Below are positions 10,878 through 21,178 of a stretch of 64,000 nt of DNA, piece after piece. The stretch spans positions 40,561 to 104,560 of the forward strand of contig JAYGDX010000073.1 of assembly GCA_046582655.1 (NCBI GenBank), read 5' to 3'. Origin of the DNA: Candidatus Poribacteria bacterium. Its GTDB lineage: Bacteria > Poribacteria > WGA-4E > UBA9662. The notes under the pieces were generated by a model. The model ran no database searches and had not been told where the DNA came from. It worked only from the letters and a program-made list of their open reading frames with translations. Position numbers and translations under genes: made by a program. Each line of letters starts with the position of its first letter. The first letter of the stretch is position 1.

Positions 10878-11255
10878 ATAATCCCGTTGAAAAACGCTTT
10901 TTTCTTTGGAGCCCCGCTTCTAGTTGGAGTTGAATACGATCGTGCTCCTACCCAAAACCTGACTGCTGGGAAACCGACTTCGATTGGTTGTATAACGCTT
11001 CCAAGTTGTCTGAAGTGCTTCATACTGGAACTCGAAGGAACCCAAGCTTGGTGTCTATGGTGAGCTTTTAACCTCGAGTCACGGAGGGCAAATGTGATGT
11101 GACAAGCTAAATGGACAAAAAAATTGGCATCGGAACGCATCTTATTGGAAATCATACCCGATCGAGATTTTCGAAATGAAGATCTACTAATGGACGCGAT
11201 CCAAGTGGTCCGTGTTGAGTTGTGTCCATTTAGTAATAATAGGAGGTTGATCAAT

Positions 11256-12398
11256 ATGGATTCAAGTGTTTATGATTTGATAATTAATGCTGGGCGTGTT
11301 GTCTGTCCGTCCACCGGGCTTGATGGCCCGGGCGCAGTAGCGGTGAAGGGTGATCGAATTGTCTCTGTTGGCAATCGCTTCGAGGGGACTGCACGACAAA
11401 CACTAGATTTTCCGAATGATTTGTTGCTTCCGGGTTTGGTGGATATGCACGCTCATCCGGCACGAGAGGGATCTAAGTATGGAATTGATCCCGACATCCA
11501 TATGCTACCGCGGGGAACAACGACTGTGCTTTCTCAGGGGGATGCAGGTGCTAGTAATTGGCCTCGCTACCGTGAATCTGTTGTTGAAAAGGCTTGTACA
11601 TGCGTTCGTCTTGCCCTCAATCTGTCCATACGAGGTGAATCCACGGCAGGCGGCTGTTTTGAGAATTTATCAGACATAGATGTAGATGCCTGTGTTGCTG
11701 CGGTTGAAGATGGAGGCGACGCGATCTGGGGCATTGCTGTCAACATCAGCACAGTCACCAGCGGTGACACAGATCCACACGAGATCATGAGACGCGCACT
11801 GAGTGCTGCCGATCGGATAGGTTGTCCGCTACTCTTCGGTAGCCGAAGCCAGCCTGATTTCCCTTTGGCACACCAACTGGCGTGGCTCCGAACTGGCGAT
11901 GTCGTTACCTACTGTTTCCGCAATGATACCGACCGAATTGTGAATGATAAGTGCGTTATAGATGAAGTCTGGAAAGCCCGTGAGAAAGGCGTTTTGTTCG
12001 ATGTTGGACATGGTATGAATTCATTTCATTTTGATGTGGCGGAAACAGCAATTGCCTCAGGATTTCTACCCGACACTATCTCAACAGACCTGTACCTTCG
12101 CCATGTGGGAAGTCACCCTCAACACGATTTGCCTCGTACGCTTTCTAAGTTGATTGCTGCGGGAATGTCTGAAGCAGATGCCCTGTCGCGAGTGACTATA
12201 CGCCCAGCAGAGGTGCTGGGAATGTCTGGAGAGGTTGGCACATTGGCACCCGGCACCTCCGCTGATCTCTCTGTACTACGTTGGAATTCAGAGACATTGC
12301 CCTTATGTGATGTCACGGGTGCTCCTCGTCCTGGAGGTTGCTGGGAACCAATCCTGACGGTGCGAGCTGGTCAGCTCATTGATACTGTAGTCTCATAG
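11256..12398 (+). CDS. amidohydrolase/deacetylase (dihydroorotase-like) metallohydrolase
   Basis: PGLVDMHAH, GTTT..GDAG, FDVGHG, PDTISTD, GTLAPG..ADL; start after AGGAGG at 11241. Confidence 0.88.
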   Translation: MDSSVYDLIINAGRVVCPSTGLDGPGAVAVKGDRIVSVGNRFEGTARQTLDFPNDLLLPGLVDMHAHPAREGSKYGIDPDIHMLPRGTTTVLSQGDAGASNWPRYRESVVEKACTCVRLALNLSIRGESTAGGCFENLSDIDVDACVAAVEDGGDAIWGIAVNISTVTSGDTDPHEIMRRALSAADRIGCPLLFGSRSQPDFPLAHQLAWLRTGDVVTYCFRNDTDRIVNDKCVIDEVWKAREKGVLFDVGHGMNSFHFDVAETAIASGFLPDTISTDLYLRHVGSHPQHDLPRTLSKLIAAGMSEADALSRVTIRPAEVLGMSGEVGTLAPGTSADLSVLRWNSETLPLCDVTGAPRPGGCWEPILTVRAGQLIDTVVS

Positions 12399-12525
12399 TG
12401 CGCGATGTTGTTCATATCGCTTTTAGATGGTTTAAACGCTTGGCTGACTTTATCAATTGCTACCAGTGCAACATTGCCTCAGCAGTCCATGGAATATGCC
12501 ACCTCTGAATAACAGAACGATAATG

Positions 12526-13335
12526 TTACACCAAACCGACAAGTTGTTTCATCTGGTCATCTATCATCTTTAGATGATCAGAGTTGAAACGTTCATGAAT
12601 GGTCTGGCGAGCGTTTAACTCTTTTTCCTGATTCCCTTTTTGAGTGAAATTATATAAACAAACAAGTCGGGGTTGTTGCCGCAGATTATCCGAAGCACTG
12701 TGTATTACCTGCCCATCATAAAAAAAAACACCTCCGGCTTTGAGGGCGATTTCCTCTGGATTCCAATCGAGTCCATCAAGATTGTCCTTGGCAGTATATG
12801 CATTGTTCTTTTCCTTTTCTGCTCGGAATTGTGGATCGGCTGCCGCTTTTTCGATAAGGTAGTGACTGCCTGGGACTGCCGTCATGGCCCCGCCCGAAGG
12901 TTCAATATCAGCAAAAGTTAGCCAGGCGTTAGCGAAACTTCCTTCTCTCTCAAGAAAAGGCGTGTTAGAGAACCCATCAGTATGACTCCGCCAGTTCCCA
13001 TTTTTTAAACATCCACACACTTTTCCGAAAAAAGTAACAACGGGTATAGGTTCGGCTGAGAGCCGAAATGAACCATCAATCATGTGTGAAATCACCTCCA
13101 GCAATTTTGGATGTGTGGCAAATCGAGCGATTTCAGGAATACTGTGCTGAGGGGTCTTGAGTTGCCGTCGTGTTCCCCAGATATGGGCATAAGACTCTGG
13201 GGATTCGGGTCGAATTTTGTCAAGCAGAATGGCAGCTCCTTCTTTTGCTTCTCCTGTGGTAAGAACATTCTCAATAGTTGCGTACCCTTGGGCAATAAAT
13301 TGCTGGCGAAAGTCTTTAATATTTTGTTTTGGCAG
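12526..13335 (-). CDS. PhyH family dioxygenase, probable CTG start
   Basis: Frame of track ORF 12526..13104 stays open upstream to 13365 and encodes FIAQGYATIENVL; CTG at 13335 lies 6 nt after AGGAGA; SHTD, VPGSH, IHSA motifs. Confidence 0.8.
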   Translation of the reverse strand: MPKQNIKDFRQQFIAQGYATIENVLTTGEAKEGAAILLDKIRPESPESYAHIWGTRRQLKTPQHSIPEIARFATHPKLLEVISHMIDGSFRLSAEPIPVVTFFGKVCGCLKNGNWRSHTDGFSNTPFLEREGSFANAWLTFADIEPSGGAMTAVPGSHYLIEKAAADPQFRAEKEKNNAYTAKDNLDGLDWNPEEIALKAGGVFFYDGQVIHSASDNLRQQPRLVCLYNFTQKGNQEKELNARQTIHERFNSDHLKMIDDQMKQLVGLV

Positions 13336-13373
13336 AGGACTTCTCCTGAGAGTATTTTTATCATATTAACGGA

Positions 13374-14357
13374 CTATGGAACTTGAGCACCCTGTGTTTC
13401 CACATAAAGAGCGTAAAGAGACTGGCTTCCGGCCATGAAAACTCGGTTCCTTTTAACACCACCGAAACATAAGTTAGCACAAACCTCAGGAAGATGAATC
13501 TTGCCAATTAGATCACCATCGGGTGCAAAAATGTGGACACCGTCATATCCTTCACCTACCCAGCCTGCGCTTGACCAGAGATTCCCATCAACATCGCAGC
13601 GGATACCATCTGCTAATCCCGGTGACATGTCGCAAAAAAAACGCCCGCTTTTCAGTCGGGCATTGTCAGCCACGTCATAGACGCGAATGTGACGTGGATG
13701 ATCTGGTTTATGTGTGGCTCCAGTATCGACAATATATAACTTGGAATAGTCAGGCGAGAAGCAGAGGCCGTTGGGTTTTTCAAGCTCGTCTGCAACCACC
13801 GTGGCTTCACCCGTATCTGGGTTAAGTCGGTAAACGTTGGTTGGTAATTCAAAGTCAGCTCTCTCTCCTTCATAGTGAAGGAGAATCCCATAGCCAGGAT
13901 CAGTGAACCAAATATGTCCATCCGGGTGAACCACCACATCGTTGGGGGCGTTTAATGGTTTACCTTCGAAACTCTCCATTAACACGGTGATGCGACCATC
14001 ATATTCCGTTCGAGTCACGCGACGTGTCAGATGTTCACAGGTAACTAACCTACCTTGCTTATCACGGGTATTGCCGTTACTGTTATTGGCAGGTTGCCGA
14101 AAGACGGTGACCTGACCGGTTTCCTCTATCCAGCGCATTATCCTGTTGTTGGGAATATCACTCCAGATCAGGCAACGTGCATCCCCAAACCAGACTGGGC
14201 CTTCCGACCATCGAGCGCCAGTCCATAATCGTTCCACCACAGCGTTACCAATTAGATACTTGGCAAACCGTTGATCAACTATCTCAATGGCTGGATCGGG
14301 ATACCTGGTGATCCCTTGATCCCATTTTCTATTGACACTTGAAATGTTACTCATCAT
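13374..14357 (-). CDS. SMP-30/gluconolactonase/LRE family protein
   Basis: WSEGPVW, SDIPNN, NSNGNT, NAPND, PNGLCFSPD, DGIRCD, NLCFGG. Confidence 0.92.
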   Translation of the reverse strand: MMSNISSVNRKWDQGITRYPDPAIEIVDQRFAKYLIGNAVVERLWTGARWSEGPVWFGDARCLIWSDIPNNRIMRWIEETGQVTVFRQPANNSNGNTRDKQGRLVTCEHLTRRVTRTEYDGRITVLMESFEGKPLNAPNDVVVHPDGHIWFTDPGYGILLHYEGERADFELPTNVYRLNPDTGEATVVADELEKPNGLCFSPDYSKLYIVDTGATHKPDHPRHIRVYDVADNARLKSGRFFCDMSPGLADGIRCDVDGNLWSSAGWVGEGYDGVHIFAPDGDLIGKIHLPEVCANLCFGGVKRNRVFMAGSQSLYALYVETQGAQVP

Positions 14358-14592
14358 CTCTCCTTGATATACAAATACAAAAAATAATAGGGTTAGACCA
14401 GTTTATATGGTCATTATTTTTAATTTATAGCAATAGTTTATATAAATTCTGTTTGCTTAAGATGAAATTACTTCAGAATTACCGTCTTCCGTGTGTTCGT
14501 AATCGATAAAAAATAGACTCTACTGGTCACTTGTTCTCCAACTTGATTCCGTTCATCTTTAAAGTTAAAGTAGATAATAGTCATGATTTCCT

Positions 14593-14988
14593 TTACCTCA
14601 GCCTTGGCCTGAATCTTGTAAGTAGAAAACGACTGAATCGATCGGGGAACGGTAGTTTTGGTTCGGATGGTCGGTCAGAATAAGACTGAACATTCGGGGC
14701 CAACCAGTAGGTGTGGAAGTAAACTGGAGAACCTAAGGTGGAAAGTTTCCCAGGTGGAACAGAACGATCCAACTCATCAAGCTCATTACTGACTAATGTT
14801 GATATTCCTACAGCTAATTTGAGTAGGCTAACGTCATCCTTTGTAACTTTGTAAACGGTTTCCAGCTTAGGCCTGAGTTCTGGGAGAGGCGGGCTTGGTC
14901 GGGAATATTAGCCGAACCCTCCACGTCCTGAGCCCTCATTTGTCCAGTGCTTATGATAGTCTTTATCTTCTAAATCGGACGCTGCCAT
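14593..14988 (-). pseudogene. possible decayed gene of unknown family
   Basis: 132-codon frame broken by a single TAA at 14908-14910 in an otherwise gene-free 0.85 kb gap; no family recognised. Confidence 0.25.
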
Positions 14989-15214
14989 TGGAATTACAAA
15001 CTTTATACTGGAAAAAATATCCTTATTAGGCGACCCCTAGTTCGCGACTGCATCCTTGAAATAACTACTTGGGAAAGTTGCCTTGGCTCAGCGAAGTGCC
15101 GATAGTAGCTTACGTTGCCGAATCATAACGGGGAATAGTAACATCATTGGGAGTGGTCTCACTGTAAGCACGTTAGCATGACTTTATTCTCATCTTTGAC
15201 CAGTTGAATTAGCT

Positions 15215-16225
15215 TTAACTGGCAAGCCGGTTTGAAACCCACCCAACTTGGTGAACGTGATTTCTGATTTCCTCAATAATTTGATGTATTCCTTCAACAT
15301 GATCGCAAGTCTGCAATCTGATGCGAAATTCTTTCATGTGCGGAATACTTTTAAAATAATTTTTGTAATGACGACGCATTTCTAATATTCCTAACCTGTT
15401 TCCTTTCCATTTAATTGAAAAATCAAGATGGCGCATCAGCACCCGAATACGTTCTTCGACTGAGGGAGTAGACCGTAGTTTTCCAGTCGACAAATAATCT
15501 TTAATCTCGTTAAAAATCCAAGGATAACCAATACTGGCACGACCAATCATAATTCCGTCAACACCATACTTTCGGCGCATCTCATCAGCCTTTTGCGGGC
15601 TATCAACATCACCATTACCAAAAACAGGAATTGTCATGCGAGGATTATCCTTAATTTTACCGATCAATTCCCATTCAGCCGAACCTTTGTACATTTGCTT
15701 TCGTGTTCGACCGTGAATCGATATGGCTTTGATACCGACACCTTGTAGACGCTCAGCAACTTCGATAACATACATGGTATTTCGGTCCCAGCCCAGCCTG
15801 GTTTTTACAGTTACAGGAAGGCGCGTCGCTTTCACAATCTCAGCGGTCATCTTTACCATCTTTGGAATATCTTTGAGAATCCCGGCACCAGCACCTTTGG
15901 ATGCAACTTTCTTCACAGGGCACCCATAGTTAATGTCAATAATATCGGGTCTAGCCTGTTCAGCAATTTCTGTTGCTTGGCGCATCGATTCTATTTCATT
16001 ACCGAAGATTTGGATTCCTATAGGATGTTCATATTCGAAAATATCAAGTTTAGCAACACTCTTAGCTGCATGACGGATCAAACCTTCCGAGGAAATGAAT
16101 TCGGTAAACATTAAATCCGCACCATTTTCCTTGCAGGCAATACGAAATGGGGGATCACTCACGTCCTCCATTGGAGCTAATAAAAGAGGGAACTCTGAGA
16201 TCTTGATATCACCTATTTTTACCAT
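15215..16225 (-). CDS. dusB: tRNA dihydrouridine synthase DusB
   Basis: LAPMEDVSD, DINYGCP, TVKTRLGW, IHGRT, GNGD, MIGR. Confidence 0.93.
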   Translation of the reverse strand: MVKIGDIKISEFPLLLAPMEDVSDPPFRIACKENGADLMFTEFISSEGLIRHAAKSVAKLDIFEYEHPIGIQIFGNEIESMRQATEIAEQARPDIIDINYGCPVKKVASKGAGAGILKDIPKMVKMTAEIVKATRLPVTVKTRLGWDRNTMYVIEVAERLQGVGIKAISIHGRTRKQMYKGSAEWELIGKIKDNPRMTIPVFGNGDVDSPQKADEMRRKYGVDGIMIGRASIGYPWIFNEIKDYLSTGKLRSTPSVEERIRVLMRHLDFSIKWKGNRLGILEMRRHYKNYFKSIPHMKEFRIRLQTCDHVEGIHQIIEEIRNHVHQVGWVSNRLAS

Positions 16226-16291
16226 CACGCCATCTTTCAGATGCTAGATATAAATCAATAAGACTTCAAACCAATCGTATTACTGAAACAT

Positions 16292-17257
16292 TTATAACTG
16301 AACAGCTTTACCAGTTCGGGCAGATTCATAGATCGCCATATTCAGTTCAATAGATCTCTTTCCTTCATACCCATCCACAGCAGCTTGCTTACCATTATTG
16401 ATAACCTGAATTGCATCTTCAATCGTGTTCTTTGGATAATGGGGCAATTCAATTTCTGGTTCGTCTTCTTTGAAATCCCAAATGTTTGGTCCAAGTCCCA
16501 CAACCCCTTTTGTGCCATGTATCTGAATCATTGAAACATTATTGCTTGGAAAAGTAGTTGTCGTGTATACAGTTCCAATCGCACCATTCTTGAATTGCAA
16601 GATAGCAGTGGCCAAGTCTTCTGTTTCACAATTTTCATGAGAGTACACACCGAAGTGGGCACCAATCACCTTATCAACGTCTCCCATAAACCATAGCATC
16701 AAGTCAACGTAGTGCACACCCTGATTCATAATGGATCCGCCACCGTCAAATTCCCATGTACCATGCCAGCCAACATAATAGCTGTCAGCACGGAACCATT
16801 TCATGCGTAACTCACAGTGGATTGGCTTGCCAATTACCTCGTTTTGGACAGCGTGTTGTATTCGTCGGTTATGTTCACCGTAACGTTCCTGAAAATCAAC
16901 CAGCAGCTTAACCTCATTTTTCTCGCAAGCATCGATTAAAGCATCACAATTCTCAATACTTACATCCATTGGTTTAGTGGTGATAACATGTGTTCCACGA
17001 TTGGCCGCTTCTATTCCGATCTTGGCATGTAATCCACTTGGCAACATGATCATTCCAACATCAATATCGTCCCGATCAAACATCTCATTTGCTTCTGTGT
17101 AAGTATCACATCCAAATTTCTCGGCTGCATTATTACATCTGTCTTCATCGAGATCGGCCACCGCAACCAGTTTTGCCCCGTCTGTATTAGCAATTTGATT
17201 TGCTCGGTTCATTCCCATTCCCAGACCAACAACACCAAAACCTAATTCTATGCTCAT
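16292..17257 (-). CDS. Gfo/Idh/MocA family oxidoreductase
   Basis: GVVGLGMG, TKP (EKP-like), GGGSIMNQGVHYVD. Confidence 0.9.
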   Translation of the reverse strand: MSIELGFGVVGLGMGMNRANQIANTDGAKLVAVADLDEDRCNNAAEKFGCDTYTEANEMFDRDDIDVGMIMLPSGLHAKIGIEAANRGTHVITTKPMDVSIENCDALIDACEKNEVKLLVDFQERYGEHNRRIQHAVQNEVIGKPIHCELRMKWFRADSYYVGWHGTWEFDGGGSIMNQGVHYVDLMLWFMGDVDKVIGAHFGVYSHENCETEDLATAILQFKNGAIGTVYTTTTFPSNNVSMIQIHGTKGVVGLGPNIWDFKEDEPEIELPHYPKNTIEDAIQVINNGKQAAVDGYEGKRSIELNMAIYESARTGKAVQL

Positions 17258-17306
17258 ATAATAACTCCCAACATCAAAAAATGCTTAATTTAACAGATAG
17301 CACAGA

Positions 17307-17335
17307 ATTATGTGAAAATGTAGTATTGATGTCAA
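17307..17335 (-). promoter_or_regulatory. sigma70-type promoter for the Gfo/Idh/MocA gene
   Basis: TTGACA-17 nt-CATAAT on minus strand, 50 nt upstream of start. Confidence 0.6.
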
Positions 17336-17347
17336 GACATATCTAAT

Positions 17348-18697
17348 TTATATGCCTGACAAATAGGTTTCAAGATCGATTATCGCGCGTTCAGCGTAAG
17401 CTTTTGCCCGAACTCGTTTGCGCATTTTCTTCCCTGATTCTAATTCTAATGGAGGTAGCAGGCCAAAATTAGCCTTCATTGGCTGAAAATCCGCTAAACT
17501 TGCGTGTGTAACGTAGTGGCAAAGCGAACCCAGAATTGTTGTTCTTGGTAGAGTAATTAATTCTTTTCCATTTAACAGTCGTACTAAGTTCCAACCAGCT
17601 AGTAATCCAGTAGCAAAATTTCCAACGTAGCCTTCGACGCCCGTAATCTGACCAGCAAAAAAAAGATCCTCACGACGACGAAATTGCATGGTGGGTTTCA
17701 GCAATTTGGGTGCCGAGATAAATGTGTTACGATGCATTTGACCATACCTCGCAAATTCTGCATTTGCCAAGCCTGGAACCGATTGAAACACACGTTTCTG
17801 CTCAGGAAATTTTAGATTCGTCTGAAATCCAACCATATTGTAAAGTGTTCCGGCAATATTATCTCTCCGCAACTGCACAACGGCATATGCACGACGGTTT
17901 GTTTTAGGATCTATTAATCCAACAGGTCGCATCGGTCCATAAGCCAGAGTGTCGCGTCCTCGCTGAGCGATAATTTCTACTGGCAGGCATCCTTCGAAAA
18001 ATTTGTGTGCCCCAGCTTTAACTCCTGATTCAATAGCAGACTCAAACGAATGTAGTTCGATACGTTCGGCGTCCTTGACATTATTAACAAACTCTTCATA
18101 TTGATCACGATTAAGCGGACAATTGATATAATCACCTTCTTCAAATTCGCCTTTACCATACCGGGATCCAAAAAAAGCAACATCCATATTAATTGATTCA
18201 AAACCCACTATTGGCGAAATGGCATCAAAGAAGTAGAGATGTTCTTCACCACTCACGGCTGTAATCGAATTCGCCAGATTCATTGATGTTAACGGACCAG
18301 ATGCTATGATTGTTGGTCCTATTGGGATTTCGGTGATTTCTTGGTGTATAACTTCAATTTTTGGGTGTTCCTTAATTCGCTTAGTAATGAGTTGTGAAAA
18401 AGCCTGCCGGTCGACAGCTAGTGCTCCGCCGGCAGGCACTGCCGTTTGATCGGCACATTCCATCAATAGCGATCCAAGTTGTCTTAGCTCCGTTTTCAGT
18501 ACACCAGAGGCACGGTCGGGCAGGTTTGATCCAAGCGAATTTGAGCAGACCAGTTCACCCAAATCGGCAGTAACATGCGCCCCCGTTTCGACTGTCGGTC
18601 TCATTTCGTAAAGTCTCACGTTGACATCTCGTTCCGCTATTTGCCAAGCGGCTTCGCTTCCAGCCAAACCTCCACCGATAATGACAACCTGTTTCAT
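17348..18697 (-). CDS. trmFO: methylenetetrahydrofolate-tRNA-(uracil-5-)-methyltransferase TrmFO
   Basis: GGGLAGSEAAWQ, ELVCSNS, FFEGCLP, VGFQT, MHRNTF, FAGQITGVEGY. Confidence 0.95.
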   Translation of the reverse strand: MKQVVIIGGGLAGSEAAWQIAERDVNVRLYEMRPTVETGAHVTADLGELVCSNSLGSNLPDRASGVLKTELRQLGSLLMECADQTAVPAGGALAVDRQAFSQLITKRIKEHPKIEVIHQEITEIPIGPTIIASGPLTSMNLANSITAVSGEEHLYFFDAISPIVGFESINMDVAFFGSRYGKGEFEEGDYINCPLNRDQYEEFVNNVKDAERIELHSFESAIESGVKAGAHKFFEGCLPVEIIAQRGRDTLAYGPMRPVGLIDPKTNRRAYAVVQLRRDNIAGTLYNMVGFQTNLKFPEQKRVFQSVPGLANAEFARYGQMHRNTFISAPKLLKPTMQFRRREDLFFAGQITGVEGYVGNFATGLLAGWNLVRLLNGKELITLPRTTILGSLCHYVTHASLADFQPMKANFGLLPPLELESGKKMRKRVRAKAYAERAIIDLETYLSGI

Positions 18698-18700
18698 CTT

Positions 18701-20383
18701 TTATCCCTGCTTCCATTCTTGAAATTCATCTCTTGTAAAAGTATTGATCACATTCTTTTTTTCCAACCAACCGCGTCGTGCCACATTAATGCCCAACCAC
18801 ATGCGATCAAGATCTTTTGCCGCGTGAGCATCGGTATTAATGGAGATCATAGCTCCCTTTTCCCTAGCATTTTTAACGATATCCGGTTCAAGATCAAGGC
18901 GACTTGGTGAGGCGTTGATTTCTAATGCTACTCCATTGTCAACTGCGGCATCAATAACCGCTGATGAGTTGATTGCATATCCCGGCCTTCGCATCAAAAG
19001 ACGTCCAGTTGGATGACCAAGAACATCCACAAATGGATTCTCTATCGCTCGGACCAACCGTTTGGTCATGTCTGCCTCATTCATTTCAAAATTGCTGTGC
19101 ACACTTGCCACAACAACGTCGAGTTTGGACAAAACCTGATCACTGAAATCGAGCCGACCATCTTTTAAGATATCAACCTCCAAACCTGCCAGAATCTCCA
19201 ATCCGTCAATGCGTTCGTTTAAATCACGGATCTGTTCGATCTGGGCAAACAACCGAGTTGAATCAAGACCATTAGCTATTCTGGATGACTGTGAGTGATC
19301 GGTAATAGCAATAAAATTATATCCAATTTCAAGGGCAATCTTAGCCATTTCCCCGACCGTGTTGAGGCCATCACTCCAACTTGTATGCATGTGAAGATCG
19401 GACCGAACGTCGCTCAATTCAATAAGTTCAGGAATTTCATCTGTGAGTGCAAGATCAGTAATTTCCTTTGATTTTCGCAACTCAGGGACAATATACGGTA
19501 AATCAAGTTGGGCGTAAATTTCAGTTTCTGTCTTACCGTACATCCACTCTTCCTTGGAGAGCCCCCTGTCACTGGCAAGATCGTGAATACTTTGAAGATG
19601 CTCAGGCGCAGCGGTTGTTGAGAATAATAATTGGCCATATGTATCTGGAGTTGCGTTATGGATCTCCACAGGGAATCCATCGGGAATCTCCATCAGCACA
19701 CACGAATCTTTGATTTCAAGTGCCTCAATTTGATCCAAGGGAGATAAAACTGGCAGCAGAACCGACAGATCGTCACACATAATTACTAACTCGAGACTTT
19801 GGAGGACCTCCTCATACCGACGAAGATCACCAGTGAAATCGATTTGTTTTACTAGACCACACTCCTTCAAGGCCTCAACAATCTCGTCTGCGATTGGAAG
19901 TACTTGACCTAGGAGACGCTTGCCTTCAAACGACTCAATATGCTGAAGACTGTGATTAATCGTTTGAATCGTCTTTTGCCCGAAACCACTGACATTCTTC
20001 AGTAACCCCTCATTAACTGCACGACGTAAGTCAACAAGGGTTTTTATGCCAGCATCATGGTACAAACGTGCTGCGCTCTTTACTCCAATACCACGTACCT
20101 GAAGTAGACTAAGCGCATCCTCACCAATCTCACGCTTCAGTCCTTCATAAAATTCACAGGTGCCAGTTTCCAAGATTTCAACTGTTTTTGACTCGATTGC
20201 CTGACCAATGCCGGGAATTGTCCTCAAATTACCTTCAACAGCCAATTGTGCTATGGATTGAGGAAGTTCTTCAATCAGAGTTGCTGCGCGCTCGTAGCTT
20301 CGTTGGCGGTAAGAGCTTTCACCTTTAATCTGTAAAAGATTACTGATATTCTTAAAAACCTGACTAATTTCTTCGTTCGTCAC
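18701..20383 (-). CDS. polX: family X DNA polymerase/PHP domain protein with non-canonical polymerase site
   Basis: HhH motifs (IPGIG, VRGIG), LPYIVPELR, PHP motifs DLHMHT..SDG, TDHS, GHPTGR, EINASP.RLD, NTDAH; GTG start after GAGGT. Confidence 0.9.
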   Translation of the reverse strand: MTNEEISQVFKNISNLLQIKGESSYRQRSYERAATLIEELPQSIAQLAVEGNLRTIPGIGQAIESKTVEILETGTCEFYEGLKREIGEDALSLLQVRGIGVKSAARLYHDAGIKTLVDLRRAVNEGLLKNVSGFGQKTIQTINHSLQHIESFEGKRLLGQVLPIADEIVEALKECGLVKQIDFTGDLRRYEEVLQSLELVIMCDDLSVLLPVLSPLDQIEALEIKDSCVLMEIPDGFPVEIHNATPDTYGQLLFSTTAAPEHLQSIHDLASDRGLSKEEWMYGKTETEIYAQLDLPYIVPELRKSKEITDLALTDEIPELIELSDVRSDLHMHTSWSDGLNTVGEMAKIALEIGYNFIAITDHSQSSRIANGLDSTRLFAQIEQIRDLNERIDGLEILAGLEVDILKDGRLDFSDQVLSKLDVVVASVHSNFEMNEADMTKRLVRAIENPFVDVLGHPTGRLLMRRPGYAINSSAVIDAAVDNGVALEINASPSRLDLEPDIVKNAREKGAMISINTDAHAAKDLDRMWLGINVARRGWLEKKNVINTFTRDEFQEWKQG

Positions 20384-20576
20384 CGGATCACTTACCTCAA
20401 GGTTTGCCAATTTTCCTGTTTTTTCGATCACGTCGTTTATCGTATACGCAAAATGAAATCCAATTCGCACTTCTGGGAGCCGAATTAAAATTTGATGTTA
20501 GGCTACTAACTGAAAATCGTGAAATTAGAACAGAAAAGAGTAAAATTCAAGTGAGTGTTCTCGGGAACATCTCACT

Positions 20577-21176
20577 TTACTGCCGTTTAGCAAGAGTGTA
20601 GACTTCAATTTCACGCAGGCTGGCATAGGATGGCTGTAATACTCGGAAGTAAGTAACTAGGCGGCCATAAAAATTCTTCCGGATCTTATTGACAATCTTA
20701 TCATTCGGGTCTGGATCGGTTTTTGAAATAACTCGATCGTCTACTGTTCGTCGTACTTTAAGACGCAGCATATTGGTTTGAAAATTTAATCGATCAATCA
20801 CATATTTCGGCTGAACTCGCCTGCCGTCAAGATTGCGGCGTTGTAGAACTGTATGCGCTTGTTTCCATTCCTGATTTTCGAGATCCCAATAATCAAGGTC
20901 GAAACGGAAAAGGTTGACGTTGTAGACAATAACTTTCCGTACTTTATAAATCTGGGGAAATTTGAGCCCAAACACCCTGTGGTTTGCAGGATCAACAACC
21001 GCAATAGTCCCTAGTTTGCCATCGTTAACAGCGGGATCAGAGGCTTCTGTTTCGTTAGATGCTAATGCCAGATTTTCACTCCACTGCGTTGATAGCATGC
21101 TGGTTGACAAACAACCGAATAAGCTGATGCAAAATAGGATCATGCAGATAGCAGATATACTTTGTGATACATTCAT
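20577..21176 (-). CDS. hypothetical lipoprotein, possibly discoidin/F5-8-like
   Basis: LFGC lipobox; ENLAL...DG and terminal LREIEVY resemble discoidin-fold ends. Confidence 0.55.
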   Translation of the reverse strand: MNVSQSISAICMILFCISLFGCLSTSMLSTQWSENLALASNETEASDPAVNDGKLGTIAVVDPANHRVFGLKFPQIYKVRKVIVYNVNLFRFDLDYWDLENQEWKQAHTVLQRRNLDGRRVQPKYVIDRLNFQTNMLRLKVRRTVDDRVISKTDPDPNDKIVNKIRKNFYGRLVTYFRVLQPSYASLREIEVYTLAKRQ

Positions 21177-21178
21177 AT

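Noticed and set aside
10923..11255. Long in-frame extension upstream of the amidohydrolase
   Set aside because: A strong RBS fixes the start at 11256; the upstream frame has two stops and no recognisable family
13092..13364. Track ORF as a separate gene or frameshifted PhyH N-terminus
   Set aside because: The PhyH N-terminus is in the downstream gene's own frame
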